DNA of 64,000 nt, taken from NCBI GenBank assembly GCA_965261585.1, contig CBDHDN010000019.1, positions 4,684 to 68,683 of the forward strand, written 5' to 3'. How positions within the stretch are numbered: position 1 is the first letter of the stretch; the number at the start of each line of letters is the position of its first letter. Source of the stretch: Alphaproteobacteria bacterium (GTDB lineage Bacteria; Pseudomonadota; Alphaproteobacteria; UBA6615). This document shows positions 8,103-17,528 of this stretch, in pieces. The notes beneath the pieces are model-generated. The model did not search any database and was not told the DNA's origin. It saw only the letters and a list, made by a program, of their open reading frames with translations. The translations under genes were made by a program, and so were the position numbers.

Positions 8103-8316
8103 CTAGTGCACCGACTCAGTCAGAGCCGTCACAGTGGAAACCTGATTCTGAATACAAAACAACGGGTTGCTCCAGCGCACGGTGAATCATTTGTCTGGAT
8201 CGGTGCACTAGTGCACCGACTCAGTCAGAGCCGTCACAGTGGAAACCTGATTCTGAATACAAAACAACGGGTTGCTCCAGCGCACGGTGAATCATTTGTC
8301 TGGATCGGTGCACTAG
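8103..8316. mobile_element. Tandem pair of 105-bp MITE-like elements (family A)
   Basis: Two identical units with TIR CTAGTGCACCGA..TCGGTGCACTAG; CTAG at 8103, 8208 and 8313. Confidence 0.88.
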
Positions 8317-8329
8317 TATCTCTGCCCTA

Positions 8330-8345
8330 CTAAGCAGTGGTTAAC
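8330..8345. promoter_or_regulatory. Possible CtrA box
   Basis: CTAA-GCAGTGG-TTAAC, one mismatch to TTAA-N7-TTAAC, upstream of the cheZ-like gene once inserted elements are removed. Confidence 0.35.
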
Positions 8346-8394
8346 GGGCTTGACTTGGTTTCCGCCAGCATATGGCCGGCTCGGCGCTGCGCGG

Positions 8395-9780
8395 AGGTAT
8401 AGCTGAATCTTGTGTACGGCGTTGGAAAGAGGGCGGCGTATCCTGGTGATTGTTGCAGTCACCACTTGACCTAAGCCAAGGAAGGATACGCCATGGAAGA
8501 GAATACCGTTGTTGCCTTTCGGAACCCATCGAATTTTCAGGATGACCCGTTGACGGAAGTCCTACGAGCTGGGGCGCGTGAGTTGCTGGCTCAAGCCGTG
8601 GAAGCTGAAGTTGCCGAGTTTCTGGAAGGTCATGCGACGCTGGTTGATGACCGGGGCCGTCGCCGGATTGTACGCAATGGCCACTTGCCGGAACGGCTGA
8701 TACAGACCGGGATCGGCCCGGTGGACGTGCGTCAGCCGCGTGTCCGGGATCGGAGAGCCGGCGAGGGTGCCGGCGCCATCCGGTTCACGTCGGCGATCCT
8801 GCCGCGCTATCTGCGCCGCACCAAGAGCCTGGAGGATTTGCTGCCGTGGCTATACTTGAGGGGCATCTCCAGCGGCGATTTCTCGGAAGCGTTGGCGGCG
8901 TTGCTGGGGGCACAGGCCCCGGGTCTGTCGGCCTCCACGATCGGGCGACTGAAGGAAGTTTGGCAAGACGAGATGGAGCGCTGGCAACGGCGTGATTTAT
9001 CGGCCAAGCGCTACGTCTACTTCTGGGTCGACGGCATCTATTTTGGCGCCCGCCTGGAAGAGGAGAAGCAATGCATCCTGGTTATCATCGGCGCCACGGA
9101 TCACGGAACCAAGGAGTTGATCGCCATCACCGACGGCTACCGCGAGAGCGAACAATCCTGGCGCGAGGTGCTGCTCGATCTCAAGCGGCGTGGTCTCGGC
9201 ATCGGCCCGGAACTGGTGACCGGCGATGGCGCGCTCGGCTTCTGGAAGGCGCTCCGCCAAGTCTACGGGGCCGCCCGCGAGCAGCGCTGCTGGGTGCATA
9301 AGACGGGCAATATCTTGAACAAGCTACCCAAGGGTCGGCAGAACAAGGCCAAGGGTCACTTGCAGGATATCTGGATGGCCGAAACCAGGAAGGACGCGGA
9401 GACCGCCTTCGACTTCTTCCTGGAAGCCTACGGACCGAAGTACGAAAAGGCCACGGCCTGCCTGGCCAAGGACCGGGACGCCTTGCTGAGCTTCTACGAC
9501 TTCCCCGCCGAGCATTGGAAGCATGTGCGGACGACGAACCCCATCGAGAGCACCTTCGCCACGGTTCGCCTTCGCACCTATCGGACCAAGGGTTGCCTGT
9601 CACGCAAGACGGCGATGGCCATGGTCTTCAAGCTTTGCCAGGGGGCCAGCAAGAAATGGCGGAGGCTCAATGGATCAGATCAGTTCGCCGAGATCATTCG
9701 AGGCGTCAAATTCGTGAATGGAGAACGCCAGGATCGCGCCGCCGCATGACAAACCCATACACAACTTTTGACAATAGCTC
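8395..9780 (+). mobile_element. IS256-family element, copy 1
   Basis: Imperfect IRs (aggtatagctgaatcttgtgtacgg / ccatacacaacttttgacaatagctc); GCTGCGCG repeated at 8386-8393 and 9782-9789; ends uncertain by about 1 bp. Confidence 0.9.
8493..9749 (+). CDS. IS256-family (Mutator-type) transposase
   Basis: RNGH, YLRGISSGDF, YFWVDG, TGDGALG, QRCWVHK, RTTNPIES motifs. Confidence 0.95.
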   Translation: MEENTVVAFRNPSNFQDDPLTEVLRAGARELLAQAVEAEVAEFLEGHATLVDDRGRRRIVRNGHLPERLIQTGIGPVDVRQPRVRDRRAGEGAGAIRFTSAILPRYLRRTKSLEDLLPWLYLRGISSGDFSEALAALLGAQAPGLSASTIGRLKEVWQDEMERWQRRDLSAKRYVYFWVDGIYFGARLEEEKQCILVIIGATDHGTKELIAITDGYRESEQSWREVLLDLKRRGLGIGPELVTGDGALGFWKALRQVYGAAREQRCWVHKTGNILNKLPKGRQNKAKGHLQDIWMAETRKDAETAFDFFLEAYGPKYEKATACLAKDRDALLSFYDFPAEHWKHVRTTNPIESTFATVRLRTYRTKGCLSRKTAMAMVFKLCQGASKKWRRLNGSDQFAEIIRGVKFVNGERQDRAAA

Positions 9781-9814
9781 AGCTGCGCGCGCTGGTCCAT
9801 AAACGCGCCGGGCC

Positions 9815-10744
9815 TCATAGACTCCGCATCAGGAGAGCTTCAAGCACCTGCTTATCGGCAGTATTCCTCTTGAAGACCTCGAGCGACTCGGCCATCTGAC
9901 CTATCTCGTCCCTTCGGCCAACTCCAGGCACTTCGACTTGTGCTTCGCCCTTTGCCAAGCGCTGCATGACCGTGGTCAATTTTGCGATCTGGCGCGCGAC
10001 GCCCTGTTTCAGCAGGTATCCCGTGACTGCGGCGAAGAGCAGTGACGCAGCTGCGCCGATGGCCAGCGCCAGGTTCGCCGTCTTAAGGGCTCTTTCCTGA
10101 TCGGTGGCGCGGGTCGCCAGAAGATCCCGTTCAATATTACCGATCTCGTTGACCAAGGCGCGAATACTGTCCATGGACTGCTTGCCGACGCCGCTTGCTT
10201 CTATCCGTCGGGCCTGTTCCTGGGTCGAGACCTGCGACATCAGGGAAATTTCCCTCTGTGCAACGGCCTCATTCCACCGACTAACCAACACGTCCAGGCG
10301 GTCGAGGCGCTTCTGCTGCGCGGGGTTGTCAAGCGTGAGATTCTTGCTGTTTGCTAACGCGGCCTCATAAGCCTTGAGGCCGACGCGATAGGGTCCCAGA
10401 AATCGATCTTCACCGGAGAGCAGGTAGCCGCGTACACCAGTTTCCTGATCGACCAAGGCAGCCATAACATCTTGGATCTCCTCAAGAACCTCATAGGTAT
10501 GCGTCGTCCAGCCGTTGCTCTTCTCAATGAACGCGAGTTTCTGGTGGGTGATAGCGTCGGAGACGAGTGTCACCGCGACAATCACGGCAACGGATACCAC
10601 TAGTGCACCGACTCAGTCAGAGCCGTCACCGTGAAAATCTGATTCCGAATACAAAACAACGGGTTGCTCCAGCGCACGGTGAATCATTTGTCTGGATCTG
10701 TGCACTAGTTTGGATGAGATCGTCAGGTTCGCAACGTACGACAT
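9815..10744 (-). pseudogene. CHASE3-HAMP chemoreceptor/sensor remnant, interrupted by a MITE and lacking a signalling domain
   Basis: ATG 10744 MSYVANLTISSKL|V..; CHASE3 motif DQETGVRGYLLSG; HAMP RRDEIGQMA; stop soon after HAMP; MITE at 10600-10708 brings an in-frame TGA. Confidence 0.8.
10600..10708. mobile_element. 105-bp MITE-like element family A, copy 3
   Basis: Near-identical to the 8103 units; CTAG duplicated at 10600 and 10705. Confidence 0.88.
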
Positions 10745-10896
10745 TGCGGATGCCCCTTCCTGGAGGTTCCACTACAAAACGGCGCGCCATGCTTGATCCG
10801 GGATTTCCCATGTGAGGCCGCGATACAGTTCATGATGCGCCAATCTCGCTTCACGTACAACCAGATCGGGGTTGGGTCGGCGGCTGACCTGCCGCC

Positions 10897-11226
10897 TCAT
10901 CGGGTCTCGGCCCCGTTGGTTTCCGCCTCGATCCAGGCGAAGTAGTCGGCGTTGCCGCCGGTCAGCGGCAGCGCGACGACGCACGGCACGTCGTAGCTGT
11001 GCAGCGCCTTGACGCGCGCCGTCAGCGCCGCGACCCGCTCGGCGCGGGTCTTGGCGATCAAGACCACCTCACCGGCCTCCTGCACCGCACCGTCCCACCA
11101 GTAGAGCGAGCGCATGCCCGGAATGATGTTGGCGCACGCGGCCAGGCGCTCCTCGACGACGGCGCGGCCGATGCGGCCGGCCTCGGCCTCATCCGAACAG
11201 GTGACGTAGATCATCGTGGCGGCCAT
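10897..11226 (-). CDS. cutA: Divalent-cation tolerance protein CutA
   Basis: VEERLAACANI, SLYWWDG, HSYDVPCV. Confidence 0.92.
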   Translation of the reverse strand: MAATMIYVTCSDEAEAGRIGRAVVEERLAACANIIPGMRSLYWWDGAVQEAGEVVLIAKTRAERVAALTARVKALHSYDVPCVVALPLTGGNADYFAWIEAETNGAETR

Positions 11227-11337
11227 GGCTCACCCGAATGGTGGTCGTCCGAGCCGCGCGAGCTTGGCGCAGACTCCCTTCTAGCCTACCATAGGCTCAG
11301 CAGCGGGTGTCGCTGCGCTTGGCCCTGGGGGGAAGAC

Positions 11338-11640
11338 ATGCCGGCTCAAGCTGCCAGCAATGTGATTGCGTTGCCGATCGTACGCGTGGCGCCGCCGCGG
11401 CGCGACCTCCGTGGGCGCCTCAGCGGCTCGCAACGCCGCTGGCTGGCGCGCGGCCTCGCCCAGGCCGGCGGCAAACTGCCGCTGTTCGACAACCACGGCC
11501 GGCGCGTCAACGACCGGACCGTCAAGAGCTGCATTCGCCAAGGCTGGGCAGAGCCCTGGTTCAACAATCCTACCAAGGCCGACTGGCTGGTCTGCAAGCT
11601 GACCGACGATGGCCGCAAGGTGCTCGTCGGCGACGACTGA
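11338..11640 (+). CDS. Conserved hypothetical small protein
   Basis: WLARGLAQAGGKLPLFD..GWAEPWFNNPTKADWLVCKLT; SD GGGGGAA before ATG 11338. Confidence 0.65.
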   Translation: MPAQAASNVIALPIVRVAPPRRDLRGRLSGSQRRWLARGLAQAGGKLPLFDNHGRRVNDRTVKSCIRQGWAEPWFNNPTKADWLVCKLTDDGRKVLVGDD

Positions 11641-11756
11641 GCGTGGCCCGGCGCCGGGCGCCGGCTGCCGCGACGTGTCATCCGAAAAGCGTTGGCATCA
11701 ACCACGACGCTCCGCCGTCGTGGTGACACCTGATGCGCCGAGCCCTGGCCCACATA

Positions 11757-11801
11757 CTTCGACAAGCTCAGTATGAGGGCCTCACCCTGAGCTTGTCGAA
11801 G
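11757..11801. repeat. REP-like palindrome
   Basis: CTTCGACAAGCTCAG..CTGAGCTTGTCGAAG, 15-bp perfect inverted repeat. Confidence 0.75.
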
Positions 11802-11911
11802 GGCGAGGCCCGTCGCACGTACGATACCTGGTACTTAGAGATTGCCCTTGCCGGCCGGCGGTGCGGCCCATAAGTAGGGGCTGTCCTCGCCATGCCGACA
11901 AGGAACCCCCC

Positions 11912-13273
11912 ATGGAGACCGCTCGCCAGAATGCGCCCAAGCCGCTCGAGCTGCTCGACGACCTGATCCGCAAGGCGCGGGCGCGCGGCGCCGATGCCGC
12001 GGATGCCCTGTTGGTCAACAGCGCCTCGCTGTCCCATACCCAGCGGCTGGGCAAGATCGAGAAGCTGGAGCGCGAGGAGAGCAGCGACCTCGGGCTGCGT
12101 GTGCTCATCGGCAAGAAACAAGCGATTGTCTCGTCGACCGACCACAGCGGACAGGCGCTCGACGAGCTGGTCGAGCGGGCGATCGCGATGGCGCGGACGG
12201 TGCCCGAGGATCCCTATTGCGGCCTCGCCGAGCCGGACCAGCTGAGCCGCAAGACGCCCGAGCTCGATATCGCCGACGCGACGGTGCCGACACAGAAATC
12301 GCTGACCGAGCGGGCACGGGCTTGCGAGGATGCGGCCCTGGCGGTTGCCGGCGTGACCAACTCGGAAGGCGCGGAGGCCAGCTGGGGCAGGAGCGAAGTG
12401 GCGCTTGCCGCCTCCAACGGCTTTGCCGGCAGCTACTCCGTTTCGCATCAGGGCGTCGCCGCGTCGGTCATCGCCGGTGAAGGCACCGCGATGGAAAGCG
12501 ACTATGACTATACGAGCGCCGTCTATGGCGCCGATCTGGAGGACGCTGCCGCGGTCGGCAAGCGCGCCGGCGAGCGCGCCGTGCGCCGCCTCAATCCACG
12601 CAAGGTCCCGACGGCGCAGGTGCCGGTCGTCTACGACCCGCGTGTCGCCGGTGGTCTGCTGCGTCACCTAATCGCCGCAATCAGCGGCCCGGCGGTGGCC
12701 CGCGGCACCAGCTTTCTGAAGGACCGCCTGGGCGAAGCGGTGTTCCAGGGCGGCATCACGATCGTCGACGATCCGCATCGCCGCCGCGGCCTGCGCTCGA
12801 AGCCGTTCGATGGCGAAGGCGTCGCCAATGGGCGTTGCGAGATCGTCGCCGACGGCACGTTGACGACATGGCTGATGGACCTGGCCTCGGCCCGCCAGCT
12901 TGGCCTGACGACGACCGGTCACGCCTCGCGCGGCACCTCGGGCCCGCCGGGCCCGTCGCCGACCAACCTCTATCTGGAGCCAAGCGCGGTCGACCCGACG
13001 GCGCTGATCGCCGACATCAGAAGCGGCTTCTACGTCACGTCGTTGATGGGCATGGGCGTCAACGGCGTGACCGGCGACTATAGCCGCGGTGCGTCCGGCT
13101 TCTGGATCGAGGACGGAGAGATCACCTACCCCGTCTCGGAGCTTACGGTCGCCGGCAATCTGAAGGACATCTACCGCAACCTGACCCCAGCCAACGACCT
13201 GACGTTCCGCTTCGGCGTCGACAGCCCGACCGTGCGCATCGAGGCCATGACGGTCGCCGGCGCCGCGGCCTGA
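11912..13273 (+). CDS. pmbA: PmbA/TldE family metalloprotease subunit
   Basis: SFLKDRLG, PFDGEGV, TGHASRG, TGDYSRGASGFWIEDGEITYPV. Confidence 0.9.
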   Translation: METARQNAPKPLELLDDLIRKARARGADAADALLVNSASLSHTQRLGKIEKLEREESSDLGLRVLIGKKQAIVSSTDHSGQALDELVERAIAMARTVPEDPYCGLAEPDQLSRKTPELDIADATVPTQKSLTERARACEDAALAVAGVTNSEGAEASWGRSEVALAASNGFAGSYSVSHQGVAASVIAGEGTAMESDYDYTSAVYGADLEDAAAVGKRAGERAVRRLNPRKVPTAQVPVVYDPRVAGGLLRHLIAAISGPAVARGTSFLKDRLGEAVFQGGITIVDDPHRRRGLRSKPFDGEGVANGRCEIVADGTLTTWLMDLASARQLGLTTTGHASRGTSGPPGPSPTNLYLEPSAVDPTALIADIRSGFYVTSLMGMGVNGVTGDYSRGASGFWIEDGEITYPVSELTVAGNLKDIYRNLTPANDLTFRFGVDSPTVRIEAMTVAGAAA

Positions 13274-13387
13274 ACCGACAGCCGACCGGCGCCTCCGGCG
13301 CCCGCGCCATCCGGCCGCCCCATCTGGCCCGGCCGGGCTCGGGCATGCTATAGGGGGCGATGGAAAACGATAGGGATTCCGGCGGCT

Positions 13388-15223
13388 TTGGACGAGAGCG
13401 CGACCGCTAAGCTGCGGCTCGATGCGTCGACGCGCGCGCTGGTCGAGCGCCTGTGGCGCGATTGGATGCGCGTCCATCTCAGCCGCATGCTTCTGGGTTT
13501 TTCGCTGATGGGCGTCGTCGCGGCGGCGGCGGGCGCCTACCCGGTGCTGATCGGCCAGGCCGTCGACCTGCTTGGCGAGCGCGATCTGACGGCGTTGCTG
13601 GTGCTGCCGCCGGCGATCATCGTCGCCGCCGCGATCAAGGGCGGCGCCAGCTATGGCCAGAGCGTCATCACGATGTCCGTCGCCTTCCGCATGATCGCGG
13701 AAATGCAGAAGGCCATGTTCGCGCATCTGATGCACGCCGACATCGCGCTGTTCCAGGACACCGCGACCGGCAAGCTGATCTCGCGCTTCACCAACGACAC
13801 CAACATGCTGCGCGACGCGATCGCGAAGGCCATGACGAGCATGGTCATGGACGTGCTGATCGGTGCGGTCATGCTCGGCGTCATGTTCTGGCAGGACTGG
13901 GTGCTGGCACTCCTCGTCGTGCTGATCCTGCCGCTCGCCGGGCGGCCGGTGATCCGCATCGGCCGGCGGCTGCGGCGCGTATCGGGCGACACCCAGGTAG
14001 AGTTTGGCGAGCTGACGGCGCTGGTCGGCGAATCGCTGAGCGGGATCCGGCTGATCAAGTCCTACCGGCTGGAGAGCCGGGCGTTCGGCCGCGCCAGCGG
14101 CACGTTCGAGAACATCTACACCCTGGTCATGAAGCTGGTGAAGGGCCGTGCCCGCACCTATCCGATCCTCGAGACGCTGAGCGGCGTCGCCGTCGCCGTC
14201 GTCATCGTCTACGGCGGCTACCGCATCATTTTCGCGAACGCGACGCTCGGCGAGTTCGTGACGTTCCTGACGGCGCTGGCCATGGCGCTGCGGCCGCTGC
14301 GCAGCCTCGGCAACCTCAACGCCGCCCTGCAGCAAGGGCTGGCCGCGGCGCAACGCATCTTCGAGTTGCTGGACAGCCAGCCGGAGATCGTCGAGCGACC
14401 GGACGCCCAGCCGCTGAAGATCGACGGTGGCGCGATCCGGCTGGACACTGTGACGTTCGGCTACACGCCGCACAAATTGGCCCTGGACCAGGTCAGCCTG
14501 GATGTGCCGCCCGGCAAGACGGCCGCGCTGGTCGGGCCGAGCGGCGCCGGCAAGTCGACGGTGTTCAATCTGATCCCGCGCTTCTACGGCGTCGATAGCG
14601 GCCGCATCACGATCGACGGCCAGGACATCCGCGACGTAACCATGGACAGCCTGCGCTCGCAGATCGGCATGGTCAGCCAGGATGTCATCCTGTTCAACGA
14701 TACCATTCGCGCGAACATCGCGCTGGGCCGGCCCGACGCGAGCGACGAACAGATCGCCGCGGCGGCGGAGGCGGCGGCCGCCGCCACGTTCATCGCGGCG
14801 CTGCCGGAGGGCTACAACACGGTGGTCGGCGAGCGCGGGCTCAAGCTCTCGGGCGGCGAACGGCAGCGTATCGCGATCGCGCGGGCGATGCTGAAGGACG
14901 CGCCGATCCTGTTGCTCGACGAGGCGACGAGCGCGCTGGATACGGAATCCGAACGCCTGGTCCAGGCAGCACTCGGCCGCCTGACCACCGGACGCACGAC
15001 GCTGGTCATCGCCCACCGGCTGTCGACCTTCGTCGGGGCCGATCTGATCTACGTCATGGATCGCAGCCATATCGTCGAGTCCGGCAGCCATGCTCAACTG
15101 CTGGCCGCCGGCGGGCTCTACGCCCGGCTGTGCCGGCTGCAGTTCCGCGCCGATATGTCGGCGCTCGCCCCGACGGCGGATGACGCCGACGCGTCCGATG
15201 CGCCGGCGAGCGCCAGCGTTTAG
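13388..15223 (+). CDS. msbA: ABC exporter, TMD+NBD (MsbA-like lipid A flippase)
   Basis: GPSGAGKST, LSGGERQR, LLDEATSALD; adjacent to waaA and lpxK. Confidence 0.8.
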   Translation: MDESATAKLRLDASTRALVERLWRDWMRVHLSRMLLGFSLMGVVAAAAGAYPVLIGQAVDLLGERDLTALLVLPPAIIVAAAIKGGASYGQSVITMSVAFRMIAEMQKAMFAHLMHADIALFQDTATGKLISRFTNDTNMLRDAIAKAMTSMVMDVLIGAVMLGVMFWQDWVLALLVVLILPLAGRPVIRIGRRLRRVSGDTQVEFGELTALVGESLSGIRLIKSYRLESRAFGRASGTFENIYTLVMKLVKGRARTYPILETLSGVAVAVVIVYGGYRIIFANATLGEFVTFLTALAMALRPLRSLGNLNAALQQGLAAAQRIFELLDSQPEIVERPDAQPLKIDGGAIRLDTVTFGYTPHKLALDQVSLDVPPGKTAALVGPSGAGKSTVFNLIPRFYGVDSGRITIDGQDIRDVTMDSLRSQIGMVSQDVILFNDTIRANIALGRPDASDEQIAAAAEAAAAATFIAALPEGYNTVVGERGLKLSGGERQRIAIARAMLKDAPILLLDEATSALDTESERLVQAALGRLTTGRTTLVIAHRLSTFVGADLIYVMDRSHIVESGSHAQLLAAGGLYARLCRLQFRADMSALAPTADDADASDAPASASV

Positions 15224-15226
15224 CCG

Positions 15227-16537
15227 ATGACGGTGCTGGCGGCCTATCGCGGCCTGACCCGGGCGGGGCTGCCCCTGATCACCGCCCTGCTGGCCCATCG
15301 TGCCGGCCGCGGCAAGGAGGACCGCGCCCGGCTGGGCGAGCGCCGCGGCGAAGCATCGGCGCCACGCCCGGCCGGCCCGCTCGTTTGGATCCACGCCGCC
15401 AGCGTCGGCGAGGCGCAATCGATCCTGACATTGGCGGACCGCCTGCTGGGCCTGCGGCCGGATCTGTCGCTGCTGGTGACGACCGGCACGGTTTCGTCGG
15501 CGACGTTTCTGGCCGGGCGGCTGCCGGCGCGGGCGGTCCATCAGTACGTTCCGGTCGACCGGCCGGCCTGGGTGTGCCGGTTCCTCGATCACTGGCGGCC
15601 CGATCTGGCATTGTGGGTCGAATCCGAGCTGTGGCCGAATCTGCTCACGTCGGCGCGCGACCGCGGCGTGCCGATGGTGTTGATCAACGGCCGGCTGTCG
15701 GCCCGCTCGTACGCCAACTGGCGGCGCCTCGGCGGCGTCTCGGCCCGGCTGCTCGGCTGCTTCGACGTTGTGTTGGCGCAGGACGAAGCTAACGGCGAGC
15801 GCCTGCGCGGCCTCGGGGCGGCGCCCGTCGAGGTCACGGGGAGCCTGAAATACTCCGACGCACCCCTGGCCGCCGACGCCGACACGCTCGCCGTGCTGCG
15901 CCGGCAGATCGGCGACCGCCCGGTGTGGCTGGCCGCTAGCACCCACGGCGGCGAGGAGGCGATCGCCGGCCGCGCCCATCGCCGGATCGCCGAGCATCAG
16001 GCCGGCCTGTTGAGCGTGGTCGTGCCGCGCCATCCGCCGCGCGGCGACGCGATCGCAGCCGAGCTGCGGGCGATCGGCCTCACCGTGGCGCAGCGGTCCC
16101 GCGGCGAGGCGGTCAGCGACGCCTGCCAGGTCTACCTCGCCGACGTCCTGGGTGAGCTCGGCCTGTTCTACCGGCTGGCGCCCGTCGTCTTCGTCGGTAA
16201 GTCGCTGATCGAGGATGGCGGCCACAATCCGCTCGAGCCGGCGCGCCTGGACTGCGCCATCGTGCACGGGCCGGGCATGACCAACTTCCGGCCGATCGCC
16301 GACGATCTGCGCGCCGCCGGCGGTGCCTTGACGGTCGACGACGAGGATGGCCTGGTTGCGGCGGTGACGCGGCTGCTCGCCGACCCGACCCAGCGTGACG
16401 CCATCGCCGCGGCCGCCGCGCGCGTGGCGACGGCGAAGGCGGAGATCCTCGACCGTGTCGTCGCGACGATCGAGCCGCTGCTGGCACGCCTGCCGGTGCA
16501 CGACGGCGCCGAGGCGCCGCAGCATGCGCACGCCTGA
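15227..16537 (+). CDS. waaA: 3-deoxy-D-manno-octulosonic acid transferase
   Basis: WIHAASVGE, ESELWPN, AASTH, VPRHP, GGHNPLEPA. Confidence 0.93.
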   Translation: MTVLAAYRGLTRAGLPLITALLAHRAGRGKEDRARLGERRGEASAPRPAGPLVWIHAASVGEAQSILTLADRLLGLRPDLSLLVTTGTVSSATFLAGRLPARAVHQYVPVDRPAWVCRFLDHWRPDLALWVESELWPNLLTSARDRGVPMVLINGRLSARSYANWRRLGGVSARLLGCFDVVLAQDEANGERLRGLGAAPVEVTGSLKYSDAPLAADADTLAVLRRQIGDRPVWLAASTHGGEEAIAGRAHRRIAEHQAGLLSVVVPRHPPRGDAIAAELRAIGLTVAQRSRGEAVSDACQVYLADVLGELGLFYRLAPVVFVGKSLIEDGGHNPLEPARLDCAIVHGPGMTNFRPIADDLRAAGGALTVDDEDGLVAAVTRLLADPTQRDAIAAAAARVATAKAEILDRVVATIEPLLARLPVHDGAEAPQHAHA

Positions 16538-17486
16538 GTTCTGGTACGACCGGCCCGATGGGGCATGGCCCGCCCTGCTCGGCCCCGCGGCGGCGCTCTA
16601 TGCCGCCGCCGGCATCCTGCGCCAGGCGCTGACCTGGGAGCGGCCGGCCCCGGTGCCGGTCGTCTGTGTCGGCAACCTGGTCGTCGGCGGCGCCGGCAAG
16701 ACGCCGGTGGCGCTGGCCGTGGCGGGGCTGGCGCGCGCCGCCGGGGCGGCGCCGGTGTTCCTCACCCGCGGCTATGGCGGGCGCGGGCGCGGCCCCGTGC
16801 GCGTCGACCCGGCGGCGCATACGGCGGCGGACGTCGGCGACGAGCCGCTGCTGCTGGCCGCGGCGGCGCCGACCTGGGTGGCGCCCGACCGGGTCGCCGG
16901 CGCCAACGCGGCCGGCGGCGATGGCACCCTGATCATCATGGACGACGGTTTCCAGAACCCGACGCTGAAGAAGGACCTGAGCTTCGTCGTCATCGACGGC
17001 GCGACCGGCCTGGGCAACGGGCGGGTGATGCCGGCGGGGCCCCTGCGCGAGCCGGTCGGCCACGGCTTGATGCGCGCCGACGCCGTCATCTTGTTGGGCA
17101 AGGACACCAGCGGCACGGCGGCGCGGCTGCATACGACGCTGCCGGTGCTGCACGCGCGGCTCGCCGCGGTCGCCGGCGCCACGCTCGCCGGCCGCCGCGT
17201 CTTCGCGTTCGCCGGGATCGGCCGGCCGGCCAAGTTCTTCGCGACCCTGGCCGAGGCCGGCGCCGAGGTCGTCGGCGAGCGATCCTTCGCCGACCACCAT
17301 CCGTACACCGCGGCGGACCTGGTGGCGCTCGAAGAGGTGGCGGCCGAGGCCGACGCGACCCTGATCACGACCGCCAAGGACGCCGTGCGCCTGCCGCCGG
17401 ACGCCGGCGACGTCGCGGTGCTGATCGTGCGCCTCGAATGGGACGACGAGGCTGCCGTGATGCGGCTGCTGGAACCGCTGCTGTAG
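16524..17486 (+). CDS. lpxK: Tetraacyldisaccharide 4'-kinase
   Basis: VGNLVVGGAGKTP, TRGYG, GDEP, MDDGFQN, PAGPLRE, FADHH, TTAKD. Confidence 0.93.
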   Translation: MRTPEFWYDRPDGAWPALLGPAAALYAAAGILRQALTWERPAPVPVVCVGNLVVGGAGKTPVALAVAGLARAAGAAPVFLTRGYGGRGRGPVRVDPAAHTAADVGDEPLLLAAAAPTWVAPDRVAGANAAGGDGTLIIMDDGFQNPTLKKDLSFVVIDGATGLGNGRVMPAGPLREPVGHGLMRADAVILLGKDTSGTAARLHTTLPVLHARLAAVAGATLAGRRVFAFAGIGRPAKFFATLAEAGAEVVGERSFADHHPYTAADLVALEEVAAEADATLITTAKDAVRLPPDAGDVAVLIVRLEWDDEAAVMRLLEPLL

Positions 17487-17528
17487 GCTTAGGCCAAGTC
17501 CATCCGCCGGCGCCCATGACCGCACACC

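Noticed and set aside
8097-8333. 78-aa repeat protein
   Set aside because: It is read-through of two tandem MITE copies, with no independent evidence of coding
12668-16531. 1287-aa and other long antisense or alternate-frame ORFs (e.g. 30064-32379, 36342-38384, 52105-53721)
   Set aside because: Shadow ORFs of high-GC genes; Arg/Ala/Gly-rich with no motifs and overlapping well-supported genes
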